From positions 3,224,001 to 3,288,000 of the forward strand of contig NC_058383.1 in the NCBI RefSeq assembly GCF_018350175.1: a stretch of DNA of 64,000 bases, written 5' to 3'. Below are positions 1-13,807 of the stretch, one piece after another (position 1 is the stretch's first letter; the number at the start of each line of letters is the position of its first letter). The translations under genes and the position numbers were made by a program. Below the pieces are notes generated by a model. The model worked only from the letters and a program-made list of their open reading frames with translations, was not told where the DNA came from and did no database searches. The DNA comes from Felis catus. Taxonomy: Eukaryota.

Positions 1-319
1 GCCACATGCTATGTCTTGGTGAGGAAAGGGATCTTAGGCCTGCTAAGGAAGAAAAGCCCTTCTTTGGGCTGCTTATTCTCAGTGGGCTCCTGACTGATAG
101 ACCCCTTGCCTGTTTATAGGAGCTGCTGGGCTCACCTTTTGTTGTTGAGAGGACCTCTGTTTGTTTCATGTGAGGGAGGAGCCTGCCTTGACTCCCTTCT
201 CTGCCATGTTGGGGGCTGGGGAACACCGGGGGGGTCACTTTCTTTTGTTGGCTGGGCAGGTGATAAATGCCCCATGTGATCTTTCGCTGACCAGTTTGCC
301 TCCCTGTTCACTGTTAGCA

Positions 320-780
320 TTTCTTATTGCTCATGCGTGTCTGGGTCACCTGTGTGCATTTTCTGGTTTGGGCCGGGTCAGCCCAAACGTGCTGACCGCG
401 TGGTTGTGGTCAGCGGGAGGTCAGGCAGGTGGCTCTCCTGATCTAGACTGGCTTCCGCACACATGTGGGGATTGCCTGGCTGTGGGCCAATCAAGGGTGG
501 GAGGTAGCAGCCCTCCTCCAAGCGTGGTCTCCAACCCCTCAGCAGACCAGCCGGAGCCCGTGTGCGTGGCGGTTACAGCATTGCAGGAGAGTGGACCTTG
601 GCTCGGAACTGGCACACCACCCCTTCCCCTGCGTCGTGTCACCCGAGCCAGGTCACAGGACCAGCCCAGATCCAAAGAAGGGGAGGTAGGCCCCATCTTA
701 CATTGGGAGGCACTTCAAAGTCATTGCAAAGACTGTAGAGACAGGGGAGGAGGAAGAATCAAGGCCATTCTTATTAATAA
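320..780 (-). mobile_element. Old MaLR LTR (MLT1K/MLT1L-like)
   Basis: ccagcccagatccaaagaaggggaggtaggccccatct...caaagtcattgcaaag...gaagaatcaaggccatt resembles the MLT1K/L consensus. Boundaries approximate. Confidence 0.6.
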
Positions 781-1822
781 TAAGTTTACCTCGTCCTCCC
801 TATCACCTGTATGAATGACTGAATTGGGTTCTGAATCCCTTTAACCTGTCTGGGGGATGCTGACAGAGACTGACGTCTGTGGCATTTCTCTTTGCTTCAT
901 GGGAAGCATTTGGTTTTCAAACAAATACAGTTTCAGCCATCCACCATGGAAAGCAATACGCTTTACCTTCTCAGAAATTGGTATCTTTGCCAGATTATTT
1001 CTTGACAGTTTTCTGTATTTTCCAAGTTTTCTAAGAGAATTACACATCGATTTTATAATCTGAAAACTAGTTCTCAAAGTTGGAGGTATTTTTCCAGGGT
1101 TTCTAATCCTCTAAACTCTCTATTCTTTGAGCTCTTAAAATTATTTTGTGGTATTAATATCTAGGTAACTCTGATCCTCAGAGTCTAACAAACCATGACG
1201 GGCCACTAAATGAGATTATTAAATTGTCAAACTCAGGCTTTCCCATCTTAGGGAAGCCTTTTGCCTCTGTGGTAATTCCTCTCTGGAGGGTCCACCAGTG
1301 GAAGGCTCGTGAAGGCTGGAGTGCCCAGATGCTGGTGGGCAAGCTCAGCTCCGTGGGCAGTCCTGTTCCCATGCCTCCACTACTGTTCCTGGAGAAAATC
1401 CCCTCACGAGTGTTCCGTCCCAGTTATTGTGGAGTTACCTGGGCCGCTGCTCTTCATGTGCTGGTTCTCAGGAAATACAGGTGAAACTAAAGGTTTAGAA
1501 AGAGTTCTAGGTGTTTGTTCTTATGCGCTCCTAACAGTGTCTCCTCACTGTTTCGCCTTCTTCAGGCCTTCTTGATTTCTGCTGGGCTGAACCATGTGCA
1601 GCTGCCATTTCCCAGGTCAGAGGCATTGAATGTTGGCAGTTGCATACAGTTCAACCTAATGCTCTGTGTTTTCCCTGAAGCTGTTTGTGGCTTTGCTTGG
1701 ATAGCCTCCCAACCTTCCAAGGAAGCTTCCCTTAGTGTGCACAGGTGGGCTTGTCCCAGGCCTGACGTCTTTCCGTCCTGGACACATACAGGTTGGTCCT
1801 GGCCTTCAGGCTGATGTTTTTA

Positions 1823-2439
1823 GTTTTTATTTTATTTTTTTTTATTTAGGGAGGAAATATTTTATTTTTTATTTTATGTTTTTATTTTGTATATATATAA
1901 CTTATTGTCAGGTTGGCTAACATAGAGTGTATACAGTGTGCTCTTGGCTTCAGAAGTAGATTCCCACGATTCATTGCTTACGTACATCACCCAGTGCTCA
2001 TCCCAACAAGTGCCTTCCTCGATGTCCATCACCCCTTTAGCCCATCCCCCCACCCACCTCCCCCCGCATCAACCCTCAGTTTGTTTTCTGTATTTAAGGG
2101 TCTCTTACGGTTTGCCTCCCTCTTTGTAACTGTCTTTTTCTTTCCCCTTCCCCCATGATCTTCTGTTAAGTTTCTCAATTGACACATATGAGTGAAAACA
2201 TATGATATCTGTCTTTCTCTGACTTATTTCACTTAGCACAATACCCTCTAGTTCCATCTACGTTGTTGCAAATGGCAGGATTTAATTCTTTTTCATTACC
2301 AAGTAGTATTCTGTTGTATACATAAACCACATCTTCTTTATCCATTCATCAGTTGATGGACATTTGGGCTCTTTCCATAATTAGGCTATCGTTGATAACG
2401 CTGCTATAAACCTTGGAGTACATGTGCCCCTATGAATTA
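1823..2439 (-). mobile_element. 5'-truncated carnivore/felid L1 3' end with target-site duplication
   Basis: Typical carnivore L1 3' UTR (cccagtgctcatcccaacaagtgcc...atgagtgaaaacatatgatatctgtctttctctgacttatttcacttagc) with a T-rich tail. TSD caggctg(a/g)tgttttta at 1807-1822 and 2440-2455. Confidence 0.92.
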
Positions 2440-2659
2440 CAGGCTGGTGTTTTTAAAGTAGTTTTCAGCCTTCCATAACATTTTTATTCTCATTTTTTCC
2501 TGTTTAATTCCTATGCTTAGTCATTATTACCTTTTAAATGAAGTAATTATTTGATTAATGTCTTTGATTCTTCCTCGCCTGTTACCAGTCTTTGCACTGA
2601 TTGACTTGTTGCTGTCTTAGTCAACTGTAATCTGTTTCCCACCCTGTGTCATCCACGGT

Positions 2660-2930
2660 GTCCTTCATTCAGCACCTGCTGTGTGCATCAGGCCACAGTC
2701 CTCAGGCCGTGAATATTCTAGGAAACACATAGAGTGTGTGCTCAGTAAGTGTGTGTTGAATGAATAAACATATTAGAGTGAGGGAATGAATGAAAGGTAT
2801 TTGCTTTGGAGGAACTTTCTGTTCTCAGGGGAGATAAACTCATAAGCAGGCAGTTTCAATTCAGTGTGTAAAGGACAGTTTATTGGAGATGTACATACAA
2901 GGGGCTTTGGGAACACAGAAGAGACACTTG
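2660..2930. mobile_element. Degenerate L2 fragments
   Basis: gtgctcagtaagtgtgtgttgaatgaataaa (L2 3' end) followed by an L2-like antisense segment. Confidence 0.45.
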
Positions 2931-3509
2931 TTTTTCCTATCTGTATTGTACCCCTGTTCTGCTTCCCAGTTACATCCTGAAAACATATTCTGTCAGATTC
3001 ATGTTTGGATAATTTAAGGCCTCTATTTCTATCACTTGAACAAATAGGATCGGTTTCTGCATCTCATTTGACATTTCTTGCCCCATGTGAAGAGCTGGGC
3101 CAGGTCGATTGCTGTGTGACCCTTCTCCACCCTGCCGCCCCCTCACCTGTCTCACAGAGTTCCTGCAAGGCTTGGATGGAAACGATACAGGACTGGGTGT
3201 AAACCACCCAGCAAGGGGCGGGGATTTCTAGGATGCATTTACTACGTATGATAGCTTTTGACCATAGCAAATTATTAATGGCCCACAATAAATAACTTGA
3301 GAAATAACCACTAGAAAAGGAGATAGTTGGCTAACATACTTTTTCTGGAACAATGAAACCAGAGACCTAAATCATGTACCCATGAGATGCTTTCCCGGAC
3401 AAGGATAAATCCAGAAAGGACACACAATGGAAACCAACCTTGGTTTTGTCACAGAGACCTAAGAATGTCAGCAGTAGTCTTGCAAAACCGTGTAGTAAAA
3501 CTTCTCAGA

Positions 3510-3523
3510 GTCTCCATGGTAAC
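3510..3523. promoter_or_regulatory. RFX X-box-like motif
   Basis: GTCTCCATGGTAAC versus the RFX palindrome GTTGCCATGGCAAC. Motif match only. Confidence 0.35.
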
Positions 3524-6500
3524 ACGCAGAGAGCTGTATCACAGAGAGCTGTGTATACCCGCACGAATGCCGATCCGGCAAGAGATCTGTATCCGTTCCC
3601 CACTCACCGAGGGCTCATTTTCATCTCTGTGCTTTTCCAGTGCCTCAGACACCTGCCTCCTCATTGCTAATAATGATGATATTTTTGTCTGAAATCTGTT
3701 TCATAGCTCACCCTTTCCAGTATTGCTCTCCACACCCTTGGCACTTATGTAGGATGAGATAAAGGTGTCACCGAAGGGCTGTAAACTTTGTATTATGATA
3801 AAAACACTTGAGACATAAAATGAATGTTTTAACTGCGGACCTGAATGAAACACAAGTCTGATCTTCAAGTGACTTTTGTCCCACCGTTTACATTCAGACG
3901 GCTGTGCCCTAATTTGCCTTTATTAGTATGCTGCTTAATAGATATCCCTAAGTCTTTTAACCAATAGTCTAATGTTTAACTACGACTTTATGGCTGTCAT
4001 AGTGTTTACTCCTATAATCCAACTTGATCCTCACCTTGTGTGTAGTCCGGGCAGGTAGTACGGTTGTCATTTTATAGGCAAGGAAGCGTCCTCCGATGTG
4101 GATTAGCAAATTCGTGGCAGGGCCGGCCCGGAACTGAGACCCGTGTCCTTGTCCTGACGCTGCCACGGCAGACTTGTCGGGAGCCAGAGTCCTCTCTCTG
4201 CCACTTGTATCCGCTCTCGCAGCTACCGTGTCACGCGTTGCCTGGAGCCCGGCGCGGCTGTTCGGAGATTTTTGACCGACCATCGCTTCACAGCTTTTCG
4301 TGCCATCTTATAATGTGTGTTCACATATTACCTTGCAGTAATTGTCTTAAGCTTAGGGACTTCACGGAAATCCTTAAGTTATTGCCACTTTAAGGTGATT
4401 ATGAAAGGAGATGCGGTCCCCCACCTGGTCAGTTCTGGATAGTACCAACTCTAGCCGCCTGCTGAGAAATGATCACGGAGGACGATGGGCATTGTTATTT
4501 GGTAGCTAGTATTTTCAGACATGATTTTATTTCACATAAGTAGCCTGACGTCTTTCTGGATTATTCTCTCCTTTCCCTTTCAGGCAAAGGGGACCTTCTG
4601 GGTCTGTGTTCAGAGAACTCAAATGGTGCCACACATTTTCTGTGACGTGGCCACCATCTTGGTAACGACCACTGGCATACAAGATGAAAGACATTTCTAC
4701 CTTTTCAAGTGCATTTCATTTTTCCTATTAAGAAAGGTTAATCTGAAGCCAGAATTTTCTGTACTAACATGAGTCCACATTTTAATAGCATTTTCCTAAA
4801 AGAAATACGTCAGCCTGAAAAAGCAAGGTGATACCCTATATAGTAGAACAAGGCTTCATGGCTTAGATTTTAAAAATAATTCCTTTGTTAAGTGCTTTGG
4901 ACTTGGAACAAAAGCCTCCTTGAGAAACTCGATTTAACTGGCTGGGTTAGAGTTCACGTTCTTTATCTTGTCGTATCTGACAAAAATAGCCAGAGAATGT
5001 TTCTGTTTCATCTAGTCATTCCCACCCATCTGAACAGACGGCCCCCATGTACCTGTATTTATGCATTGACAACACGAGTGTGTATTTTTGTATGTCTCTA
5101 GGAGGCTGAAGTGTATTTAGATCAAACATGAATCTAGCATGATCCATAAGCTAAAACATACTTCACTCTAACAGAGCAGACTCAGTGGAGTGGCTGGCTT
5201 TAAACACAAGCTTGAACAAAATGATGAGTTCATAATTATTTAATGTAAACTGAGTAAGGTTGAAGGGCCCCGTGGGGTCGATTATTTCCAGGGCTTCAAT
5301 GATTACACATCGTGAACCGCCTCTCCAGTCCAGCGCTGTTCAGGTGGGAGGCTAGCTGGCAGCACCATAAAGTACCTGGACGGTTTCAGACTCAAGAATC
5401 TGTTAGTTTTGTACGTTTAACATCCTTGACACTTAATAGGATTTGGGATCCGTTGAAGCAGCAGCTTTTATGCATGACACTTTAATTGAATGCCTTAGAG
5501 TAAAATGAAATTAACAAAGACAGTATTAAATTATGGATGTTCCTTTTTTATCATTTGGCTAAGAATTCTGCAGAGTTTCCTTTGTAATTGTATTATTTTA
5601 AATTGATTGATATAAAAAATAAACACACTGTCTTTAAGACTAGGTGTACGTACCATCTGGTCCAAGAACTCCTGCCTAGTGTTGGGTGTGGAGTTGAAGT
5701 TACGGAAATTGTCTGTACTGAGCTTGGGAAAGCAACTCTTTTAGGACCAGCAGAGTTTAAAAACGGCCTGCAGCAAATGCCCATTCCTGAGCGGGTGAGG
5801 GCCACAGCCACCTGAATTACAAATGATTCTAAGGACAGATGGGAGGCCCTGAACAACAGCTGGTTTTTGTTCCGGAAGTCACGCTCTTTTAGTGTTGCAA
5901 AAACAAGCGTCCCATACATGTTACGGTCAAGGCCAAAGTCAGCTGAGTCCACCGTGGTTCTGTGTAAACATCCATGAATGATGATCTTAATATTGTATCT
6001 CTTTTCCTCTAATGCCACTTAAAACGAATAATCTAACTGAAGATCTGGGGGAAAAATTACATAATTAATCAGCTGAGGCCAGTCTGCCTAGAAAATGTGA
6101 AAACAGAAAAGAAAATATGGGAAAGCATTGCAAATTAAATAATTTTGTTAACAGAATATTGTTGTAAATGCTTCATAACGTAATTGTCTGCTGGAGGGAA
6201 AGGGGGTAGAAAACCGAATATATTTGGAAAACTAGTCAATGAGTGCAGGCGTGTAGCTCGAAAAATACAATTGCCCATGATTACGAGCGCCCTCCCAAGC
6301 TCCGCATTTGAAGGGTGGAAGGAGGGAGGAGGCAGTTTTTCACAAATGTCCTAAAGCGTCCCAGACTCTGAGGCCCACGCCCACGGTTTTTGCTCCCCTG
6401 TGACTCACATTACCGTCCTGTTAAAATGACCCCGCGCTTGTTTGCCTATGTAAATCATGAGGTAAATATTGAGTAAATATGGTATCAATCTCAGCTGAAC

Positions 6501-9500
6501 ACAGTTTTAGTGAACTACCTCCTTTTATCAGATTGCGGATCTGGTCATCTGACGTTGTCAGATAATACGGTTGTGCTCACGTATGTGACGCACACATGGG
6601 ATCAGTTCCAGAAAGGAAAGGCTGCTGTGTACTGGAGCCCCCACGGGTACGTTGTTTCCCGTGTTGCGTTTTGCTTCTTTCTTGGGGTTCTGTCTGGTGG
6701 TCTCCCTCTCCTCCCTCTCCCCCTTCCCTTCCCTCCTTCTGGGGCGTAGCATTTGCGAGGTTCACAGAAGCACGTCCAAGCTGACTTGGGGCTCGGTCCT
6801 CTTGTACAGCTGCCATCTTCGTGCAGAATCCGTCGCTGTGTTGTGTGCTGCTGCAGGGTCGAAAGGTGTTTTCTCGTGACTGTGACTCTGGAAGGGAGGA
6901 ACGCTCCGAGCAGTTGGAGCAGATCACCGGTTTTGTAGCCTCTACTTAGTAGCTCTTCTCTTCTTTTCCACCTAAAAACATACCAGGTGGTTTTGGGTTC
7001 TGGATCTTAAATTCTGGCCAAATGACAGTCATGTTCGTGGAGCACAAAAGAGGGAGACAGGATTCCAGTTTGTGCCTTTACGAGCCTCTCCACGTAGAAG
7101 GATGCAGGTAAAAATGCAGAGGATGCCCCTGGATGGATGTCTTGTGATTAGCGGAGCTGCGTCCGTGTCCCAGGAATGGAAGGAAGCCGTGTGCCATCTT
7201 TGCCCTGACAACACGTGAACTTTTCCCGATAAATGCTCTTTACGGTCTTTGCTTCTCTGCCATAAGACGAGTGCTTGCGTCAGAGCTGCGGGGAGAGAAG
7301 GGGTGAGCCCACCTGTTCCTGGGCACTTCACAGTTTGCGCTTCCTTTAAATTTTTTTTTTCGAATGTGCGTAAGTAGTGCTACCCTACATGTGGGGCCCT
7401 ACAGGCCCCTCCGGCTCTTCTCATTCCCCTCCCGAAACGCACTAGCTCATCTCAAATGTATCACCAGAGCTCTGCATCATCTTATTTAAAACATGACAAT
7501 GGAAGGAGAATCGGTGGGTTAGAAACATTGTTCTCTCCCTTTATTCAAAGCGAATTGATGGACATCGGTTCCCTTTCGCTGTGGTGGTGGTTGACGTAAC
7601 ATTGCGCTTGTTTTCAGGTTGCAAATAGGAAATGTGACTTCTCTGGACAATATATTCATTGTCATTAAAATTCTCTCATCCCAGAGAAGACTTACTATTG
7701 AAATCATTTTTTTTAATCCCATAAAGAAAACTTTTCTGCGTGTAGCGTAGTCCTTAATCTTCTTTCCCTGTTGCCCACTTAATTTAAATTTTCCAGCATT
7801 GTTTGAATACTAATTATACTTGACAAGATTCTTTTTTCTAACTATGTGCATCTAAATTCTGATTAACTTGGGAGAGGACGAAGAAAATACTGTTTTCATT
7901 TGCAGAAAAGCAAGGGTGCCAAAGCCCAGCAACAAAGTAAAAATGATCTCACTGAAGACATTCTTGTGTCCTTCCTCCCTCACTGGTCTGAAGAGCATCT
8001 TCTTCACCTAGACATGAACCTATACGAGCAGAAGAAATAAATGCAGCCACCAGTTTTAAAATACTGTTTTTTTCTCAGGCATTGGTGCAAAATCTCCTCT
8101 GGTTCCCCCAATTTCTGTATCTCAGAGATTCCCCAAGTACCTTTTTGTAAATAGTAAGTCTCGTTCCTCTAGATGATGATTCCTTTTTTCCTAGGCTGGC
8201 CCTATCCAGTCGTCCTTTCTTTATGGCCAATTCACCATAAAACAGCTAACTCAGAGACGTGCTCCCAAACCACAGTGAAGCTGACCGCTTGTCAGAAATG
8301 TAACTTATCTGTCTCCGCTGTCCCTTAGACGTGTAGACGCTTTGTGAAGCTCTGCATAAAAGCATTTCCAAACCTAAGAGTTCGCGTTGTTGGGCCGCTC
8401 CTTCCTCAGGACCTCCGGAGTTCTGCCGCTGCCATCGTCAGAGGCAGACAGACAGAAGCCACTCTCGACAGTCCTGTCTGCAGACGCCAGATGGAGGGGG
8501 AGCTACATGCTCGCAGAGCCCTCAGCAGCGGGGCTGGCTCTGGGAATGACTTGGGAATGACTCCCAGCTTAGTGCAAGGGCCTGGCCCCCTCTGGGGAGT
8601 GGGGTTCCCGGGAAGAGCAGGAGGCGGGCAGTCCCAAAGCTGTGCCACCAGGGCTGGCCCCACACCCCCTCTGCTGGGCCAGGAGGCAGGAAGCTACGTC
8701 TGTGTGGCCCGTTGGCTCCAGAATAGAGCCTCTCAGGTGTCGACGTCTGCAGGAGCGTATCCTGCCGCCCAGGAAGTAAAAGACTTAGTCCTCGGAAGCT
8801 TTGCGATCGCTGCTGCCCACAAGGGGACACCCCATGTCTGTGCTCTTCAGGAGAAACAGACATGTGAACCCCTCACTCCTCCACCGCCTGCAACGGTGCG
8901 TGCAGTCGACGCGTGAAAGCCGGAATCTGCAAATGTCGTCTTGAGCTTTCTAGCTCCTGCCGAGCTGGACGGTCGGCCACAGGGGATGGGATGGAGTTGA
9001 GCGGCCATCTGTGCTGTCGGCCACCCTGTCTGCGTTTGAAATGCAGTTAGCTCCTATAGGCAAATAAGCCATATTTTATAATGTTCTCCATTAGAATTCT
9101 GTGTGCTGCACTATTTTCATGTCATCATTTCTTTACCTTTAGGTTATTTGTATGCGGTTCTGAGCAGTGCTCTCTAAAAGCCCCTCAGAAAGCATTGCTT
9201 TATGAGAACATGGTGTCTCCCAGGACGAGATGAAGGCATAGAAGCTGGGCCTGCATCTCCAGGCTGCACGGGCCTCCTCCAGCCCTGGGGGCAAGGCCTG
9301 GGGCACAGGCTGCGAAAGAAGCCAGGGGCTGGAGGGGCCGAGCTCCGGGAGCACGGTGGGCTCCTGGGGCACACTGTCATGGCCAAGAGCCCCAACAGTT
9401 GGCTAGGGGAAGGAGTCCCGTCTCTTCCTGCCTTCGAGTGTCTCTCGGGCCGATCATTGACTGAGTAGATTGTTTGGCCATCACAGGACTCTGCAAACCA

Positions 9501-9759
9501 GTCTGCAGAGCCCTAGCCCAGCATCCCAGGGCCAGGGGCTGTCCCAGGGTAGGTATGGGGCTGGGGTCACTGGCAACTGGCCCATATGGAGGCAAATAAC
9601 ATTTGCCAAAGCTAAAGGCTTGAAAGTGATTGTCTCTGAGAGTGGGCCCGGGGGCCTGGTGAGAAGTGGGACAGGGGACCGCTGGGGTCAGAGAGTCTCA
9701 AAAGTGTGGGGAAATTAGCTAGAGCTTTTACAGTGGTCAGAGGAGCTTTGCCCCTGAGC

Positions 9760-9880
9760 CTTTGCTTGGGTTTGAACCCTGGCTCTACCCCTCATTAGCT
9801 ATGTCACCTTGGACAAGTTACTTCTCTGAGCCTGTTTCTAGTACCAGTGCCTACCTCCCAGCCTGTCTTGTGGAGTATTT
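9760..9880 (+). mobile_element. MIR SINE
   Basis: gggtttgaaccctggctctacccctcattagctatgtcaccttggacaagttacttctctgagcctgtttc matches the MIR core. Confidence 0.8.
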
Positions 9881-10944
9881 CACATTTGGGGGATTGCACG
9901 ATGTCTGATATGCAGTTAACGTTACTGCTGGTTAAGCGGAAACCCCCAGACCATGGCTTGCACTGTTAAGTCCTGAGCTGCTAGACAAAGAAACCCAAAA
10001 TTAAGGCGAACAGGAGCATAAAGTTCTAGACGAGCCCACCTTGTAGGACTACAGCTAGTAAGATGGGAGTTTGGAAGCAGATTTGGCCCTTGGGAAGAGG
10101 TTTGAATGATTTAGATGTCAGGGCTTCAGATATTACAAAGGGATATGGCAGAAACCGTGTCACATGGACCATGTCATGGTAGAGACCTGAGCAAAGACTT
10201 TGTGGCAGCTCTGGTTCGAAGGCTCCTCCAGGCCCATTGGTCATGAGTCCAAAGCAGTACAATGTTCCAGATCCTACTAACGGAACAAGGCTGCTGATGT
10301 GACTCCTGCTTGGCCTTCCTTCCTTCCAGACCCCGTGTCAGGCTGAGTGGGATGATGCCGACACTGGGGAAGGCAGGGACTCAAACCAAGTGCCCTCTCA
10401 GCTGTAGGAAGCCTCCAGTTCCCTGTCTTTGAAAAGAATCCGTTTTGAAATAGACCTTAGTCAAGCGTGATCAGTGCAAGGTGTGGAGGGTGTATTCAAT
10501 TCTGGATCCTTTGGCCAGATATGGAACAAAGGTCCCTTATACCTGAAGTAGGCCTCTTAGAACTGCCTGGCTCTAGACCATCCTGGACCCCCACTTCTGT
10601 GCCCCTAATGGCTGGTTCCTGACCTGCAGCTGCCGCGGGGGTTGGGAGCCGGGCACCTGAGTGCCACTTCCTCCTTCCCTTCTTGCGTTGCTGCTCCCTT
10701 TCTTCTTGAGTCATTTCTAGTAAACGCTGAAGGGTTAATGCTTTCATTTGCCTTGCTAATATTATGTTCTTACATCTTAAAGATGTATCTTACACGTCTT
10801 TATATTCAGTGCTCCCCTGCCAAGCAGGCCCAGCAAAGAGCTGACCCGTGTTTGTTGATGAATAAATCGGTTACACATATCAGCCTTTTATGGTCTCACT
10901 TTCTTTCCCACTGTCCAACTGAATGTCCCTTTCTTCTCTCTCTC

Positions 10945-11115
10945 CCATTCATCCATACATTTATCTATCCACTTACTCATCGGCACAGCAATTTACCCAT
11001 CCAGACACACATCCACCCACCCATCCATCCATCCATCCCCCCACCCCCACCGATCCACTCGTTTATCCATCCATCCAGACACACATTCACCTATTTATCC
11101 ATCCATCCATCCATG
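10945..11115 (+). repeat. Degenerate (TCCA)n low-complexity repeat
   Basis: Runs of ccatccatcc, with the unit ccatccagacacacat present twice. Confidence 0.85.
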
Positions 11116-13581
11116 CTATTTGGTTCTCTATACATCTCACTCTGAGTTTGTTTACTTAGCATCAGAGCCTTTGTCGTTCCTGCTTAGATTCCAATACATT
11201 GTAACTTCCAGCATTCATTCCAGCCTAGCTTTTAACATAGAAAGCAAAGCTTAGTGAATGTATTTAGTTGTAGCTTTGAAACACTGAAATATTAACATTG
11301 CACTAACTCCTCAAGCCTTTCATACACGGGGAGGAAAAACATTCACTTCACAGTGATATACAGAATTGTGTAGGAGATAATGGAAAAACGGTCAAAGGCT
11401 GAAATCCTACAAATGGGATGATGATAAAATTCATACTATTAAGAAGACCGATGTCCTGTTAGCAAACTCTCTACCCAGTGTCCTTTAAAAAAAAGTTACA
11501 GTAACATGTAAGGGTTATAGGTTCAATATTGTGGTCTGTTTCTATAAAAGAAAGATAACATTTCTAGATTTGAAGGCAACCCTTCACTATTGTTAAGACC
11601 CTAGAAGTGATTCGCTCACTTAGCTTCAAATCTTGTCTTCTACTCCTCTTTGAAAAGACATGGGCATTATTAATAGATTAATCAGCTACACATAGGATGT
11701 GTTTTCTAATGGATAGGAAAGCTGTGTACTTGAAGATCTTCATGCTCTACAAAGAAAATCCTGCCCAGCCGTTGACATGACCGACACTGCATATTTCCGC
11801 ACACAATGATGGTCACTTTGAGCTTATGAAGGTTTCCTTGTGCTTTCGATAGTCTTGGTTTCTTTGTTCGTGCAGACTTTTAAATAGACCCTTGAGCCTC
11901 TGCCCTTTCAGCCTCTGCTGCCTTCTCATCTGTCTGCTCTGTAGCTTTTGTCAGCAACTGAGCAATCTTGTTTTTACTTCAGATTTGGGAAGCTATAAAC
12001 CGCATCTTTTTTAACCTTCCACTCCTCTGCCCCTTACGGAGCTGTTGGAAGCGAGATTTAAAGTATAAATGGGTGTCAGCATTCAGATTGCTGGTTCTTT
12101 AATAGCTGGGCAGCGCTGTTATCCCGGTATCACAAAAAGGGCATGGGCTGAGCCGGGGGAAGGGGTGTGTGGGGGGGTGCACACTCTCACACAGCTGTAG
12201 TCCCCGGGGAGAGCGGAGCTTGGTCAGCCTGAGCCTGGTGAGGACCCCTCCCTGCCGTGCTCTCGGGAGAGTGCTAAAATCTCCACTCCTGAAGCCTCTT
12301 ACTCCGAAGTGCCTGCGTGTGGGAGTGGGGTCCCGGACTTGGCATTGGTCCAGTTGTCTTCGTTTTAATAAACGTTACCTCTGTACCATTTTATTTTGTC
12401 ATGATAAGTGCACCCTTCCACCCATCCCCCACCCCCCATCCCCTCCCCTGTGGGGACCGTCAGTTTGTTCTCTATATAAACATAGTACCTTTATAGGGCA
12501 TCTCTAGTATGTTCCTTGAGTTCATTTTACATATTATAATTGTATCTTCTTTAAAAAACATGTTATAAATTATTTTTAAGTTTTACAAAAATACTTAAAG
12601 GAGAATGGCACGAATGCCCACCACCCAGCTTGCAGTTGAAGGCATAAAGCGCTGCCCATGTGAGGTCTCCCAGCCTCAGGTCAAACACACTGGCCCAAGT
12701 TTCCTACCTAACATGCCCATTATGGGAATTTTATTTTATATTTTACGATACTTTTTTTAAATAAAAGAAAGATTTCAATACCCAGTTATTTCTCAGTAAG
12801 GCTGGAAGACGTTCACAAAGGAAAGAAAGAAAAGAAAGAAGGCAAGAAAACACTATGTAGCAAGGAGGCGAGCTCTGGATTCAGGGTCCAGGTGCCAGCC
12901 TGGCCCCTTCACGCGCCTGGCCCAGCAGACACCTGCTTTAGACCCTCTGTTGCCTTACGTGAAATCTCAGGCACTCAATTTGTCCTTTAAGGAAACATGA
13001 CTGGGCTAATCATAAAAGACAATGGCGGGATTGTATCGCTGTTGTCCTTACTCTTCTGCGAAGTGTGAGCTGTGTGTCAGACACTCCGCTGGGAGCGTGG
13101 CTGGTGGTGGCTCGTGCCCTTCCCGCGGCTGCCCCGGGGGCCATGCACGTTCCTCTTCTCAGGTGGGTGGTGGGGCCTTGATGGGATTCGGAACTTTCCC
13201 GAGGTGAGCCTACAGCTCACTGACTCCAGAACCTCCTGGCCACAGCAAGACGTCCTCGCACGTGAGGTGGATCCCATCGGTGGGGACTCGGCCACCTCGG
13301 CCCCACGTCATACCTCCACCGGACGACATGCCGTGCTGCGGGGTTTTTTTATTTTTCTATACAGGAATATTGGATATGGTGTCTCATAAACTGATGTCAC
13401 CTGGCGTGCCAGGCCGAACGAGACTGGGCCGGTCAGTGCACCCTCCCCACCCCTGCCCCGCCTGTAGGAAGGGCCAGTCAAGTCTTACAGACCGTTTTGT
13501 GAGTTTATGACAGAGGGAGCAGTTTAAGGGCCTAGAAACAAATACAGAATTCACAGAACTCCTTCGGAAGTGGAGCCCTGA

Positions 13582-13807
13582 GGGGCGCCTGGGTGGCTCG
13601 GTCAGTGAAGCCTCCGACTCTTGATTTTGGCTCAGGTCATGATCTCACAGTTTGTGGGATCGAGCCCCACGCTGGGCTGTGTGCTGATGGTGCAGAACCT
13701 GCTTGGGATTCTCTCTCTCTCCCTCTCTCTGCCCCTCCTGCATTTACACTCTCATGCACTGTCTCTCAAAATAAATAAACTTAAAAAAAACTTTTTTTTT
13801 TTGAAAA
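13582..13807 (+). mobile_element. Can-SINE (feliform SINEC, older Fc3-like)
   Basis: ggggcgcctgggtggctc head, (CT)n, aataaa and A tail. Partial TSD ggaagtggagc. Confidence 0.95.

Noticed and set aside
161..814. 217-aa ORF
   Set aside because: Non-ATG start, overlaps an MLT1 LTR, no recognisable domain.
4584..4661. 78-nt cassette exon candidate after a good pyrimidine tract
   Set aside because: The donor TTG|GTAACG is weak, no frame resembles SDK1, and such pseudo-exons are abundant in long introns.
8344..8916. 190-aa ORF
   Set aside because: GC-rich chance ORF with G/A/P-biased composition, no family resemblance and no convincing splice boundaries.
10642..11159. His/Pro-rich ORFs
   Set aside because: Translation of the (TCCA)n low-complexity repeat.
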